Source: a virus. From it: a stretch of DNA of 64,000 nt. The stretch is from the IMG/VR virus record IMGVR_UViG_3300029231_000002, positions 7,518 through 71,517 of that record. One strand, 5' to 3'. Within the stretch, counting starts at the first letter, position 1; the number at the start of each line of letters is the position of its first letter. Positions 37,932 to 49,104 of this stretch are shown here, in pieces. The notes under the pieces are model-generated. The model searched no databases and was not told where the DNA came from. It was given only the letters and a program-made list of their open reading frames with translations. The position numbers and the translations under genes were made by a program.

Positions 37932-40900
37932 ATGGGACCAATGGACTATAATAACTCAAATCAAAACCTGGATGCACGATTTGTCCCGCCGGTTAGGGGA
38001 CTTAATCAGAATACCCTTAATTCCGATCGGATGGCAGGAGTGCGTGAAGATCTCAGCAGTACTCTCCAATCTTTTCGTGATTCTTTAGCATTCAGTTTCC
38101 AAACCTTGAATCTAACATTGTCCTCCTTGAATAACAGTGTTAGATTAGTTGGGACAAAACTTAATATAAATGATCCATCTTTATTAAATTCACAGTACTT
38201 ACCTGCTAGTAAGCTGAATACTTATTACGGGGGATTATCACGTGGATATGCACAGTTTGCAGGGAATCAATCCTTAACAGGGATGCTATTTGCAAATCCG
38301 CCGTATAACGTATCTCCAATGGAATATTGGTTAGAACGTAACAGAGAAATGCCTATGCGGTTAAGCAGTGCTGCCGCAGGGATAACCGGTGCTGCTATAA
38401 ACACTGGTGCGTACATGGCAGGCAGTGCAGCAGGCGGTGCATGGGCAGGCAGTGCCCTCGGTGTTAGCAGCAATTTAGGCAGGATGATGCTGGGTGTACC
38501 ATTTGGTATGGCTGCAGGTGCATTAGTTGGCGCTGTAGTAGATCCGATGGTAGCTGCAGCTCAGGAACATAACCGTGATGTCTCTGCCATTCGCCGTATG
38601 TCACCGAGATTCAGATCTCAGTTTAGTTTACGTGAAGCTCAAACTGTTGCTACAGGTATGGAAGACCTGGCGTTCTCTGAAATAATGAATACAAACTCCC
38701 TGATGCCCAGACTTAATATGTCGGGTATGCGTGATATCGCAATGATGGGCATGCAGGGCAATATGTTCCAAGGTACATCTCCGGAACAAATGCTGCAGCA
38801 GCTTAAGCAGGCAGGTCAGGTAGTTAAATTCCTGACAGGTGTAATGGGTAACAAAGATATCCAGGAGACCATGCAGGCTGTGAAACAAATGAAGGACATG
38901 GGTGTTAATCTGTTTCAAACAACAGGTGCAGCCCAAAATATAGGTACAGATGCGTTCCGTTATAGTAAGGCTATGGGTGTCGATGCTGCTACGCTGTTGA
39001 ACCAGTCTATGAATATGAGTGCTGCAGCATTTGGTCAGTATGGTAACCCTGCATTTATAGGTATCCAGCCTACAATGCAAAACCTTGCTTACCTTGCGGA
39101 ACTTGAAAAACGTAGAGGACTGAGTACCGCAGATATCGCATCAGGCGGCGGTATTTCTACTATAGCAGGGAAAATATCTGCAGCTCAGGCTACACTTCTT
39201 AACAGTAATAATATTGGTATGCCGCTGCTGGCTTCCGGTTGGCAGGGATCTGGCTTTAATCAGCAGATGTTTAGTAACACTATGCGAAACAACGGGTATT
39301 TTGGTGCAATAGCTCAAGGCGCGCATAATATGTTTAGCCAGGGGTTACGTGGTATATCCAATTACTATATGAATAGAAATAATATCGCTGCTGACATGGC
39401 TAACCAGGGGACACTAAGTGATAACATGCGTGATATCCTGGAGAGCGTAGTTTCTCAGATGCCTGGGTTGAATGACCCTACATTATCGCCATCTGATCGT
39501 ACAAACATGGTCGCCATGTATCTTCAGAACATCATGGAAAGCAATGGGAATCCGATAGATGCTGCAACAGCTAAAGCCTATGCGATGCAAATGGTCCAGC
39601 CGAGCTATATGAGAACTGCTGAGCGTAATGCAAATCAGCAGTATATTTTGGGTGTCGGTGAAAACATGCGTGCTCAAATGGGACCAGGTAGATTTATTGA
39701 GCGTATAGGTGAAGGTGTTGAACGTTTTACAAGTAAAGTCCATAAAAATCTTATTTTAAATCCAGGCCGTGCACTGGGAGACTGGTTCAGTAACTCCTTC
39801 GACGGGACTCTTGAGGGTAATGGCGCACGCACTAATGTACCGTTAACAGGTGAGAGTCTCCGTAATTACAGATGGGCACTTAATGTAGCCAGAGGCGCTG
39901 ATTCACGTGCTACTGGTAGTAGGTACCAAGCTTCTGATTTGTATAATTCGTGGAATAGATTAGGTATCCGTGATACTTTGGGCAGTAGTGTTTTGTCATT
40001 GTATTCCAGTATTACAGGTAATGCAGACCAGAATAGGTTAACTGCTATGCTTGATACTAATATGGGATTCCAGTATGCAGATATGTGGAACAGGATCGCA
40101 TCTGGTAATACTATGAGTAAAGATCAAGCACTGGGTGACATGTATGCCTGGCTAAAAGGAAGTACTACTGTAAAAGATATTGAAAACGTATTTAGCGACT
40201 ACGAGGAAAATGGTACTGCAGCAGACCCGCTGCGTGCAGCAGCAGATCTGTTTATAAATAAGGGTAACGGTGTCATGGCGACACAGGCTGATGCTATGTA
40301 TGCGGCGTTACGCAAGAAAAACGTATTTAGCACTGACTCTCTGCGTCAGGTCTTTGGTGACCAGTTTGTCAAAGATAACGTAGCTGGCGGGAGAATCGCG
40401 GGTACTGCGGACTTTATTGCCTCCGGGTATGGCAGTGATCCCAATGTTCGTAAACGTGCAGAGAAATATGTACAGCAATTACGTAGTCAGGGAATTAATA
40501 TCACAGTTGACCAGTATCTTGGTGGTGTTGGTTTAACGTATGCCAAGGATACGAATAGAAACCAAAGTAATCTAAGTAAGGTAATGGTTGCAGGAAAACT
40601 GGACAGAGTAAAAGAGTTTGCAATGCCTTTTGCCAGTCAGTTCGGAGCTGAACGTTATGCTAATTTAGTACCCGGTACTGAAGGGTTTAACTTAATGTCT
40701 TCCGGTGCTAATAGATTACTGGAGAATCTGGGTATTACAGAGACAGGACTCGCTGATTTAATGTCCAGCGATAGTTCACCAGAGGAAATCGAAGCCTTTG
40801 GTCAGATCCTGCAAATGTATACTTCTGGTAATTATAGCCCAGGAGAAGGTCCTGGCGCGGATCAGGTAGCATCTTATGCACGAAAAATAAAAAATAAAGA

Positions 40901-41648
40901 ATTATCAAGTGCAGTATCTCGATTACGAGAAGAGGGAAGTCTATGGGCGCGCAGGCAGGTACGAGATTTCTCTGATAAAACTCCGAATGGTACCAGTGAC
41001 TATGAAAAGCTGTACAAAGAAGATACAGCCAAGTTATTCCGTGATGTCGTCGGGTTCAAGATGGTTGATGATACCCGTGGAAAACTTGATACAACACTGT
41101 CTGACATTGGCTTTAAACTGAAAAATGGTCAAAGCGCTGCTGAGGCTGCAATTACTCCTGGTGGACTTGGTAAACTTATTATGAGTTCTACCGCTCTGAC
41201 TGACGAAGCAGCACGTGCAAAAGAGTTTATAAGCAGTGTTTATAATATGAGTGACAATGAGATCCAAGAGCGATTTGGTGAATCATTGAATATTGATAAA
41301 GTAAACGCATCCAACCGTGAAAGCATCCGTGACAGCATAGTAACACGAGCTATTCAACTCCAAAAAGAGGAAACTCAGCAATCTACTGAGAAGATGGCAC
41401 GAGTTACCAAGAGTGCTATTGATACCGCGGTAGACAAAGATGGCGCTGGTAAACCTGCAGTTCGAGTAATAATGTCAACTGCACCGGAAGAAAAAGCAGA
41501 AAAAGCTAGGGATAAATTCAATAGTATTACAGGGGAAACCAGTTTCAAACCTAATTGGTGGACTTGGGACAACAGGCAGAATATACAGAAAAAAAGGGGA
41601 CTAAATGGTATGCCCCCTACAACGTTTGACTTAGGATATGGGTCGTAA
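37932..41648 (+). CDS. tail tape measure protein
   Basis: 1238 aa, rich in Ala/Gly/Met/Gln, predicted long helical. Sits immediately before tail-tip and lysin genes. Confidence 0.8.
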   Translation: MGPMDYNNSNQNLDARFVPPVRGLNQNTLNSDRMAGVREDLSSTLQSFRDSLAFSFQTLNLTLSSLNNSVRLVGTKLNINDPSLLNSQYLPASKLNTYYGGLSRGYAQFAGNQSLTGMLFANPPYNVSPMEYWLERNREMPMRLSSAAAGITGAAINTGAYMAGSAAGGAWAGSALGVSSNLGRMMLGVPFGMAAGALVGAVVDPMVAAAQEHNRDVSAIRRMSPRFRSQFSLREAQTVATGMEDLAFSEIMNTNSLMPRLNMSGMRDIAMMGMQGNMFQGTSPEQMLQQLKQAGQVVKFLTGVMGNKDIQETMQAVKQMKDMGVNLFQTTGAAQNIGTDAFRYSKAMGVDAATLLNQSMNMSAAAFGQYGNPAFIGIQPTMQNLAYLAELEKRRGLSTADIASGGGISTIAGKISAAQATLLNSNNIGMPLLASGWQGSGFNQQMFSNTMRNNGYFGAIAQGAHNMFSQGLRGISNYYMNRNNIAADMANQGTLSDNMRDILESVVSQMPGLNDPTLSPSDRTNMVAMYLQNIMESNGNPIDAATAKAYAMQMVQPSYMRTAERNANQQYILGVGENMRAQMGPGRFIERIGEGVERFTSKVHKNLILNPGRALGDWFSNSFDGTLEGNGARTNVPLTGESLRNYRWALNVARGADSRATGSRYQASDLYNSWNRLGIRDTLGSSVLSLYSSITGNADQNRLTAMLDTNMGFQYADMWNRIASGNTMSKDQALGDMYAWLKGSTTVKDIENVFSDYEENGTAADPLRAAADLFINKGNGVMATQADAMYAALRKKNVFSTDSLRQVFGDQFVKDNVAGGRIAGTADFIASGYGSDPNVRKRAEKYVQQLRSQGINITVDQYLGGVGLTYAKDTNRNQSNLSKVMVAGKLDRVKEFAMPFASQFGAERYANLVPGTEGFNLMSSGANRLLENLGITETGLADLMSSDSSPEEIEAFGQILQMYTSGNYSPGEGPGADQVASYARKIKNKELSSAVSRLREEGSLWARRQVRDFSDKTPNGTSDYEKLYKEDTAKLFRDVVGFKMVDDTRGKLDTTLSDIGFKLKNGQSAAEAAITPGGLGKLIMSSTALTDEAARAKEFISSVYNMSDNEIQERFGESLNIDKVNASNRESIRDSIVTRAIQLQKEETQQSTEKMARVTKSAIDTAVDKDGAGKPAVRVIMSTAPEEKAEKARDKFNSITGETSFKPNWWTWDNRQNIQKKRGLNGMPPTTFDLGYGS

Positions 41649-41665
41649 GGAGGTGGACATAGTTA

Positions 41666-43003
41666 ATGGCAGTCGATACACCCTATGAAGATATAAGTTC
41701 CAGTGTTAAAAATAAACTTGCCAATATTGCAAATTTACAAGTAAAAGCTGGAGTTCTATTTAATAACAGTACCTATCAGGATCGAGAAAACATTATGCAG
41801 ACGACGTATAACCTGGTTAAAAACTCTGCAAATGAAGCTGCAATGCTTGCCAGCTTAAACTCGATGGAAGTTTCGATCCAGAGACAGATTGATGAGCATA
41901 CTCTTAGCTCTCAAAGTGCATCTCCTGCATCTACATATAGTAATGCGATTATGTCTGACTCCAAGGCTACTGAACTGTTAAACTCTGCAAATCTTGGCAG
42001 TTCATTATCTCTGGAAGATGTTCCAGGTGCTATTTCATCTAATAGCATTTTAGCGGGGATGACTGATGAGGTTCAAAACTCTGAGGCTGCACAGGCAGCA
42101 GTGGGATCACAGACCGCAATGGATATCGGAGCTTTGTACAGGCATGGCTCTGGTAGACTTGTTGATTTTACATATACCGATGGTACAGATGACGATTCTC
42201 GTAGAGCTTATATGCAACTGCAAGGTGAAACAACGGCTTTAACTAGTCAAATTGCAGGCGAGGATAAAGATTTACTGCAAAGTGTATACAACCACTTGAT
42301 AAACGGTTATACTAGTATTATAATAACATCTGTACAAGAAAATTTAATGGAACGGCAAAGTATTATGCCGACTATCGGGGATAACTTTGCAGCTACATTT
42401 TCTGGCGCAGAACCTCAGATCCTGGTAATATCAGGTCTGTTGCCCTTTGATGCATCTGCAGAGGGCTCCTGGTTCATCTCGTTTCTCAATGCCTATAAAT
42501 TTTTTATCAGGGCAAGTAAATTAGCGCAGTTTAGGTGTAGTCTTAAAATAACTTTCCCGGATTTCACATCGTATACATGTTATCCGGTATCGATAAATAA
42601 CTCGTTGGTATCAGATCAGGATAACGTTATACCGTTTAGTATGACTGCAGTAGTTATCCAGCCCCCACCGAATAAAGCGTATGGCTATGATAGTTCAGTA
42701 ACTGAACCGGAGAATACTGCAGAAGAGGTTGCGGAAGAAACATCAAATGAAACAAAACAGGCTGATATTGAAAAGGAAGTAACGAAAGATCCCAAAGAAG
42801 TTGCAAAAACATCAGAAAAGAAAAGCTTTGTAGATTCAGTGTCAAGCTGGGTAAATAAGGTTACTACCAGTAAGGAAATGCAGGAAGTAAATAAAGCGTT
42901 AACGGTAGCAAATCAGGTTTCTGGAGCAATAAGTGCTATTACCGGAAAACCATATGGATCACGGTATTATTCAGGCAAGATAGGAAGGGGGACCTATGAT
43001 TAA
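41666..43003 (+). CDS. tail protein (distal tail or tip candidate)
   Basis: 445 aa. Translationally coupled after the tape measure protein. Confidence 0.5.
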   Translation: MAVDTPYEDISSSVKNKLANIANLQVKAGVLFNNSTYQDRENIMQTTYNLVKNSANEAAMLASLNSMEVSIQRQIDEHTLSSQSASPASTYSNAIMSDSKATELLNSANLGSSLSLEDVPGAISSNSILAGMTDEVQNSEAAQAAVGSQTAMDIGALYRHGSGRLVDFTYTDGTDDDSRRAYMQLQGETTALTSQIAGEDKDLLQSVYNHLINGYTSIIITSVQENLMERQSIMPTIGDNFAATFSGAEPQILVISGLLPFDASAEGSWFISFLNAYKFFIRASKLAQFRCSLKITFPDFTSYTCYPVSINNSLVSDQDNVIPFSMTAVVIQPPPNKAYGYDSSVTEPENTAEEVAEETSNETKQADIEKEVTKDPKEVAKTSEKKSFVDSVSSWVNKVTTSKEMQEVNKALTVANQVSGAISAITGKPYGSRYYSGKIGRGTYD

Positions 43004-44427
43004 TGGCTAATGAAGGGAATAAAATAGGTTCAATATATGAAGACCAAGCGAAAATCATAGAGAAAAAAGCAGAAGATGGTTTAGCTTCATATGAGTTACC
43101 AGGTGTAACTGTTGAAGCGGAGAAAGAAACCGATACTGCTGAGAATGCAAATCAGGAAGAAACCAATAGCGGTCCTGGGGATTCCCCTGATACCAATGTG
43201 TTTTTTTTAGATACCAAGGTATTTTTAGAGGGAGTCCAGATCCCGCACAGTTCTGTCGCTGTTTCTTATGGAATATCGGCTCCTCCGACTTGTACTATTG
43301 TATTACAGGCAAGCTCTTTTTTACGTGATTTGCCTGAAACGACAAAGATCCACATAATTTACAGAGATTTATTGCCAGATAGCACTGGTGCGTATAAATA
43401 TAGACTGTTATTTGATGGGGAATTATCTGGCATTAGCTATTCTATTGATCCTAGTGGTGCTCAGATGACTATTACAGGAATACATTCAACTGCGTATTTG
43501 GCTTTGATGCAAATTATGAGTTTGCCTGCAGCGCAATATATGAGTTTACCTTCTGCAACAATGCTGGGCAATGCTACTCTGGTAACTGTAGCATCCGGAT
43601 TTGATAAAGTAAAGGTAGATATAATTAGTAAACTTATCGAGCGTAAATCATTTCAGAGCATGGGTGACCTTGTTTACCAGATTTTAAAGAATATTATCGA
43701 GGGCGGCAAGGACAAGGGCTCGGTAGGCAAGTGGTTTTATCAAAAATTAGGACCTGAACCTAATGGGTTAAAGATTTTAGATAGAATTTATGGTGTAAGT
43801 GACGTCGCTAAAAATGCACCTTTGGTAGACTGGAGCATTGAACGCAATAAAGGCGGTGCTGGGGGTGTTGGTGGAGCTATAACAGGTAAATATAGTGATA
43901 ATCCAGCATCAAGTATAGTTCCAACAACTGATATAAACTTTGAAACAAGTACTGGGATAGATTATAAATTATATGAAGCAAACGGTGAAATAGGAACTGG
44001 TGGATTTGGTACTAATAGTGAATCTATTGTTCAAAATGCGGAGTCAGCTCTTGGTACTCCATATATTTTAGGGGGGGATGGAACTCCTCAAAATGGTACA
44101 GATTGTGGACAACTTATAAAAACATCTGTTAATGAAAGCGGTATAGATTGGAATAGTAGATATGTACCTGATATGCTTAAGGAAGCTCGTGAAAAAGGAG
44201 TTTGGCATGAAGCTAACGATGGCTATGTTCCTAAAGCAGGGGATGCAATTATTGTAGGTAAGGACTTAGGACATATTGTAATGAGTGATGGTAATGGTGG
44301 ATGTTATCAAGCATCTACATCTAGAAACGGAGTTGTTCATGATTCTTCTGTTACATATATGTTTAATGGAGAAATTGCAGGATATATAGCTTTTAATGAT
44401 TTATCATCCGGGGAGAAATATACATAA
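43003..44427 (+). CDS. tail-associated protein with C-terminal NlpC/P60- or CHAP-like cysteine peptidase domain
   Basis: NGTDCGQLI ... GDAIIVGKDLGHIVMSDG gives a Cys/His arrangement. Confidence 0.5.
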   Translation: MANEGNKIGSIYEDQAKIIEKKAEDGLASYELPGVTVEAEKETDTAENANQEETNSGPGDSPDTNVFFLDTKVFLEGVQIPHSSVAVSYGISAPPTCTIVLQASSFLRDLPETTKIHIIYRDLLPDSTGAYKYRLLFDGELSGISYSIDPSGAQMTITGIHSTAYLALMQIMSLPAAQYMSLPSATMLGNATLVTVASGFDKVKVDIISKLIERKSFQSMGDLVYQILKNIIEGGKDKGSVGKWFYQKLGPEPNGLKILDRIYGVSDVAKNAPLVDWSIERNKGGAGGVGGAITGKYSDNPASSIVPTTDINFETSTGIDYKLYEANGEIGTGGFGTNSESIVQNAESALGTPYILGGDGTPQNGTDCGQLIKTSVNESGIDWNSRYVPDMLKEAREKGVWHEANDGYVPKAGDAIIVGKDLGHIVMSDGNGGCYQASTSRNGVVHDSSVTYMFNGEIAGYIAFNDLSSGEKYT

Positions 44428-46343
44428 TGGCCAGTACAGACGCATATAGAATAAGTAATGTTGAACTTACAGCATATACCTATAATAGTAAAATAGAAAA
44501 TGGTAAAGATGATGGCGTAGGGTCTACAGGTACCCCTGTTGTTCCGGGTAAAACCATTGCAGTTGACCCAACTAAGATACCTTATGGTTCAATAGTAGAT
44601 ATCAATGGTACAAAGTATCTTGCAAATGATACCGGAAGTGCAATGTCCAGTGATTTAGGTAACTATACGACACGCATTGATATTCCGTGTTTCAGCTATA
44701 CTGAGGCGATGAATTTTGGCCGTCAGACAGCGGATATCATTGTATATCCCCCAGGTAACCTTCAGGGTGAAGTTATAAAGGACTCCATAAAGAAAAACTA
44801 TGATATCCAGGAGGGTACAAATTTTTCTGAGTCTTGGAACTCACGACCTGAAACTCTCAGTGAGACCCAATTAGCTGCAGCTAATAAGTTGTCTAGCGCT
44901 ATTGCTTCTGGCGGCGGCTCTGCGATTGTCGGTAATGCACTCAATTCCGTAGATAAAATGCTTGCAAATGTAACCTCTGAGGGTGCAAATCTTGCAGGGT
45001 TTGACTCTGAAGTCACTGAAAAAAATGAAGCTAAGATTACCGGCGCGGGTATTGCAGGGGCAAAAGCTACAGAAACTGGTATTATCGACTTTGCATCGTT
45101 TGTCGGTACATTAGCGTTTAATACTCAGATGAACATGGATTTCAATGAAGACGGTGAACAAACACTGTATGAATACTTGGCGAAGTTCATGTCTAAATTT
45201 TACCACCAGATATACTTTGTCCCTAATCTGAAGAATAATTATACAATACTTTGTAAACCGGAAACCTTGTTTATCCAGGCTCCGTCCTGTAATGTATTGT
45301 TTCCTAATATAAAAGCAGGCATTGGCTACAGCAGGCCTATGAAACAGGAGCCTACTCGTATTTTACAGGTATCAGACCCGATAGGCCAAGTCTTTAATAG
45401 ATCAGGCGGTGAACTTTCCAGGTTACTTTGTATGCTCTTTATAGACTCGGAAGACGAAGAGGTAACTCGGAACGGCATGCCTATCCATAAAAACTTTGTA
45501 GCATCGTTAGGCGAGGAGCATGCAAACCTTACAGATAAAACGTGCCCTATGCTTAATATAACAAAGTTTGAAGAAGAAAATGGTGTTCGCTGTACTACGG
45601 TAAATAAAGGTGCGGATATCTGGCTATACTTAAAGTCGAGTAAATTAAAAGGCAGTTCTTCTTCTGGTAAGGACGAGGATAAGTATACGCTGTCAATGCC
45701 AGCCAGCAAAGCTGAACAGGTTGGCATTGGTATGACAATTGCCAGACTAGCTCGTTATGAGCTTTTAAGGCAGCGTTATGGATATCGCAATGGTACAGCG
45801 GAGTGTTACTTTAATCCCTATTTAGTACCAGGATTTCCTTTTGTAAGTGTTGAATCCACTGTAGAGCAGTTAAATATATATGGATATATCACAGATGTTA
45901 CTCATAATATAACAGATCGTTCTCAGACTACCAGTATATCTTTTACGTGTGCCCATGGGGACTATGAGGCAGCACCTGAAGCGTTTCCAATCGTAGAATC
46001 TGAGTACGCTGATAAAATAGACGCAACTTATAAGGATATGTTAGGCGATAATATCAAACCAGTGTCTAACGAGGATGTTCCAGGTCTGATAGAGGGGTAT
46101 AATCAGTCTAACAAAACCGTAAGTAGCTCGCTAAAAAAAATCTGGAGAGAAACGCCGGACATTGAAAGCTATTTAAAAGAAGTAGCTGACGGTGCGACTA
46201 TAGTAGAGGACCAGAATTACTGGTACTTCAAAAACGGTGAAGGGTCTCAATTCTTTGACGAGACTATCCAGGCGCGGCTTAAAGAGTATATGTCAGATAT
46301 TGTTAATAAAGGTATTGCGTTGAGCAACGCTGATGTGCGTTGA
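44427..46343 (+). CDS. tail-associated lysin with N-terminal 3D domain
   Basis: GKTIAVDPTKIPYGSIVDINGT...ANDTGSAM matches a 3D domain. 638 aa. Confidence 0.55.
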   Translation: MASTDAYRISNVELTAYTYNSKIENGKDDGVGSTGTPVVPGKTIAVDPTKIPYGSIVDINGTKYLANDTGSAMSSDLGNYTTRIDIPCFSYTEAMNFGRQTADIIVYPPGNLQGEVIKDSIKKNYDIQEGTNFSESWNSRPETLSETQLAAANKLSSAIASGGGSAIVGNALNSVDKMLANVTSEGANLAGFDSEVTEKNEAKITGAGIAGAKATETGIIDFASFVGTLAFNTQMNMDFNEDGEQTLYEYLAKFMSKFYHQIYFVPNLKNNYTILCKPETLFIQAPSCNVLFPNIKAGIGYSRPMKQEPTRILQVSDPIGQVFNRSGGELSRLLCMLFIDSEDEEVTRNGMPIHKNFVASLGEEHANLTDKTCPMLNITKFEEENGVRCTTVNKGADIWLYLKSSKLKGSSSSGKDEDKYTLSMPASKAEQVGIGMTIARLARYELLRQRYGYRNGTAECYFNPYLVPGFPFVSVESTVEQLNIYGYITDVTHNITDRSQTTSISFTCAHGDYEAAPEAFPIVESEYADKIDATYKDMLGDNIKPVSNEDVPGLIEGYNQSNKTVSSSLKKIWRETPDIESYLKEVADGATIVEDQNYWYFKNGEGSQFFDETIQARLKEYMSDIVNKGIALSNADVR

Positions 46344-46663
46344 GAAAGGTGGTAAACATGATAAAAGTATTTATCTCCCAGCCTATGGCGAATAAAACCG
46401 AGGTAGAAATTCTTCGAGAACGTGAACGAGCAGTAAAGCGAATAAAAAAGCGTTTTGACGATGACGATATTGAGATAGTAGATAGCTATTTTGGTATGTC
46501 AGGTTCAGACCATCCATTAGCATCACTGGGTAAATCTTTGATAGCACTGAGCACCGCAGATGTAGCTTATTTTGTAAAAGATTTCGAGAAGTATCGTGGC
46601 TGTAAGATAGAAAACATGGCAGCAATTGCGTATGGCATTGAAGTCATTGAGGAACATGAGTAA
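46340..46663 (+). CDS. hypothetical protein
   Basis: 107-aa ORF. Confidence 0.5.
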   Translation: MRKVVNMIKVFISQPMANKTEVEILRERERAVKRIKKRFDDDDIEIVDSYFGMSGSDHPLASLGKSLIALSTADVAYFVKDFEKYRGCKIENMAAIAYGIEVIEEHE

Positions 46664-46665
46664 CC

Positions 46666-46872
46666 ATGAGTGTTCTAATCCAGCATGATATAAAAGATAC
46701 TGTGTATTCAGCTTTCGGTGCTACAGAGGCTGAAGCCAAAGCTAACGCTGAAACCATGGCAGCAGAGTTGACAGCAAAGGGTCACCACGTGCGCGTAGAT
46801 GACTCAGGATCAAAGTTAAGAGATGACCTATATGGTTGGACCGTGCTAGCTAAAAAAATTCAATACAGATAA
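46666..46872 (+). CDS. hypothetical protein
   Basis: 68-aa ORF. Confidence 0.45.
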   Translation: MSVLIQHDIKDTVYSAFGATEAEAKANAETMAAELTAKGHHVRVDDSGSKLRDDLYGWTVLAKKIQYR

Positions 46873-46876
46873 AATT

Positions 46877-46930
46877 TAGAGCTCTGAGAGGTACTTGCGT
46901 ATCAGTCAGAGCTCTAGCTGTTTTGTTATT
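46877..46930. terminator. bidirectional rho-independent terminator (TAGAGCTCTGA ... TCAGAGCTCTA stem, then GCTGTTTTGTTATTT)
   Basis: 11-bp perfect stem. Sits between convergent genes. Confidence 0.6.
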
Positions 46931-47289
46931 TAGTTGTTAAGGAAAGCTTCAATATCGATATCCTGCAGGGTAAGCAGTGATCCTTTGGGAACCGGGTGCA
47001 GCTTGTGGTTCTCAGGTATATTACTCAGTACAGATATCATCGCAGGTCCATATACTTCAGAATTCAGGGTATCGTAGATTTGATCTAGTATATCCGAGTA
47101 CGAATCGCCACCTGCCAGTAATGATACCTCAAAGATATAAGCTATATATTTCGACGATGGCAGAGTAGTTAGTCCAGGAAGGGTATCTACATTGAAATTC
47201 TCAGTACGGGAAATGTATATTGGTACTTTCATGTTAATTACCTGTAGAACCAAACCCGCCTTGACGGATTGCTTTTCTGGGAATATCAA
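46930..47289 (-). CDS. hypothetical protein
   Basis: 119-aa ORF. Confidence 0.45.
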   Translation of the reverse strand: MIFPEKQSVKAGLVLQVINMKVPIYISRTENFNVDTLPGLTTLPSSKYIAYIFEVSLLAGGDSYSDILDQIYDTLNSEVYGPAMISVLSNIPENHKLHPVPKGSLLTLQDIDIEAFLNN

Positions 47290-47923
47290 GTGCTACAGTT
47301 AAGTACTTTTGAAAAATACCCTGAACAATTCGTTCACCTTTTTTAAGTTCTACAGGTTCGATACCCGGATATAACTGAACCATAACACCAATCTCCCCAC
47401 CGTTATCTTCATTGTCTGCATAGTCTGAATCAATGACTCCTGTACCGTTCAGGAGATACATTTTTTTACTCAGAGAGGACCTGATATACAGTGCAAGCCA
47501 TTCATCTGCTTGCATATAAGCTTTAACACCAAGTCCTATGAATACCGGTTCATCACTTGTAACTGTTACGTCCTTCGGCAGGAAAAAGTCGTAACCTGCA
47601 GAGCATGCAGTGCCGCGGGTAGGAAGTTGAATATAATCAGGCTGGGGGTACCATACAGAATCAAAGGTTCTGCTGGATTTAGCCATGGATTTAATGTCCT
47701 GGCTATGGTCCCCAATTCTAAGACCATGCTTATCTATGAAAGCACGCAGAGATGTATATTCTGCTTCACCGTAACATTGTTCTGCCATACTAAGAGTTAT
47801 GGGATTAATAAAAATATCCTTACTATAGCTTTTACTTACGTTCTCAAATTCAAGAGAACAAAATTCTTTAAACTCTTCAAGAGTAGGAAATGAACTGATT
47901 GCTTGCATTGCGTATACCTCCAA
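47234..47923 (-). CDS. dut: dUTP diphosphatase with about 80-aa N-terminal extension
   Basis: All five dUTPase motifs are present: AGYDF, RSSL, GVIDSDY, RIVQ, RQGGFGSTG. Confidence 0.85.
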   Translation of the reverse strand: MEVYAMQAISSFPTLEEFKEFCSLEFENVSKSYSKDIFINPITLSMAEQCYGEAEYTSLRAFIDKHGLRIGDHSQDIKSMAKSSRTFDSVWYPQPDYIQLPTRGTACSAGYDFFLPKDVTVTSDEPVFIGLGVKAYMQADEWLALYIRSSLSKKMYLLNGTGVIDSDYADNEDNGGEIGVMVQLYPGIEPVELKKGERIVQGIFQKYLTVALDIPRKAIRQGGFGSTGN

Positions 47924-47946
47924 AGTTATTATTTAATACTAACTTT

Positions 47947-47956
47947 AGTATACCAT
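47947..47956 (-). promoter_or_regulatory. extended -10 (TGGTATACT on minus strand) upstream of dut
   Basis: About 25 nt upstream of the RBS GGAGGT. Confidence 0.35.
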
Positions 47957-47971
47957 ATAAGTCAATGCAGG

Positions 47972-48241
47972 TCAACGTAGGTACGTTATTTTAGGCTTAA
48001 TCGTGTCTGGAGTTTGATATGTATATTGTGAAAGTTCTTTTTCCAGATTCTTATATTTAGTTGTAAGCACTGAATATTTTTTGTTTAGCATAACATTATT
48101 TCTTCGTTCAGAATTTATAGCAAAACAAAGTTTAATCAATTCATCAGGGTCAATTTCAATAGTTTTCTGATTGTTTTTCTTAGCTGTTTTAGCTTTGGCA
48201 ATTACAGCATCAATAGCTTCTCGTGTAAGTTTCATTGTCAA
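47972..48241 (-). CDS. hypothetical protein
   Basis: 89-aa ORF. Confidence 0.45.
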   Translation of the reverse strand: MTMKLTREAIDAVIAKAKTAKKNNQKTIEIDPDELIKLCFAINSERRNNVMLNKKYSVLTTKYKNLEKELSQYTYQTPDTIKPKITYLR

Positions 48242-48681
48242 TTATCTCCTTCAATAGTAGAATCTAACATTTTTAATACTTGATTAAGAGCTACAAGTGT
48301 AGGTGGAAAAAGATTAGCTTCTGACATTATTTCTTCTCTTGAGAACCATTTGAGTTCAGTCATTTCAGTTGTTCTTTCTCCTAATTTAATATCCATTGTT
48401 GGAATTTTGTACATAAATATGTAACTGCGAACCATTTGTTTTTCGCCTTTTATAATTGCAGGAGCAAAGAATCTGCCTACAAATTTCATATTATCTGGGT
48501 TCTCTACTACATAACCGAATTCTTCTGCACATTCTCGCATAGCTGCTTCAAACGGCATTTCATTGTTTTCGATTTTCCCACCTGCAAGTCCCCAGCCCTG
48601 ACCATCACTTCGTAATCCTAATAATACCTCGTTTTTCTTGCTTACCAGGGCAACCCCTGTTCCTTTGTCGTAAATATTCAT
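48238..48681 (-). CDS. Nudix hydrolase
   Basis: Nudix box GGKIENNEMPFEAAMRECAEEFG. Confidence 0.8.
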   Translation of the reverse strand: MNIYDKGTGVALVSKKNEVLLGLRSDGQGWGLAGGKIENNEMPFEAAMRECAEEFGYVVENPDNMKFVGRFFAPAIIKGEKQMVRSYIFMYKIPTMDIKLGERTTEMTELKWFSREEIMSEANLFPPTLVALNQVLKMLDSTIEGDN

Positions 48682-48685
48682 TATT

Positions 48686-49024
48686 TTATTCCTCCTTTAT
48701 AGTAAAAACTAACCATGAATCTTGCGTATATCCAGCTTCTATAAGTTCTTTGTGCAACCTATTTATTTGGGAAGCCCATAGATATGACGTATCTATCATT
48801 ATTATCTTTTGTTTATTTGCAATTGCAGTACGTACATCCTGAATTTCATTATCCATACGGGGTACTGTATAAATATATGTAAGTGTCGGTATTAGTGCAT
48901 TCAACAAAACTAAAAGGATGACTGTACCTTTTTTCAGTTTACCCCAATTAGTGCCTATATATAAAACCAAAATACATATACTTACAATTGTTAATGTTGT
49001 ACCTATTATAACGAATATATCCAT
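48686..49024 (-). CDS. membrane protein
   Basis: 112 aa with two TM segments. Confidence 0.5.
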   Translation of the reverse strand: MDIFVIIGTTLTIVSICILVLYIGTNWGKLKKGTVILLVLLNALIPTLTYIYTVPRMDNEIQDVRTAIANKQKIIMIDTSYLWASQINRLHKELIEAGYTQDSWLVFTIKEE

Positions 49025-49104
49025 TATTATTTCTCACCGCTTCCGTAAAAAGAATTTTCATTGTAAAAATAGTGAGGCGATGATTAACATCGCCTCTTTT
49101 AGTA

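Noticed and set aside
38267-41572. Minus-strand ORFs inside the tape measure gene (38267..38473, 38628..39080, 39141..39326, 39483..39743, 41034..41267, 41375..41572)
   Set aside because: They are antisense to a 1238-codon gene with strong tape-measure character. Their Cys/His/Thr-rich translations are typical of antisense frames.
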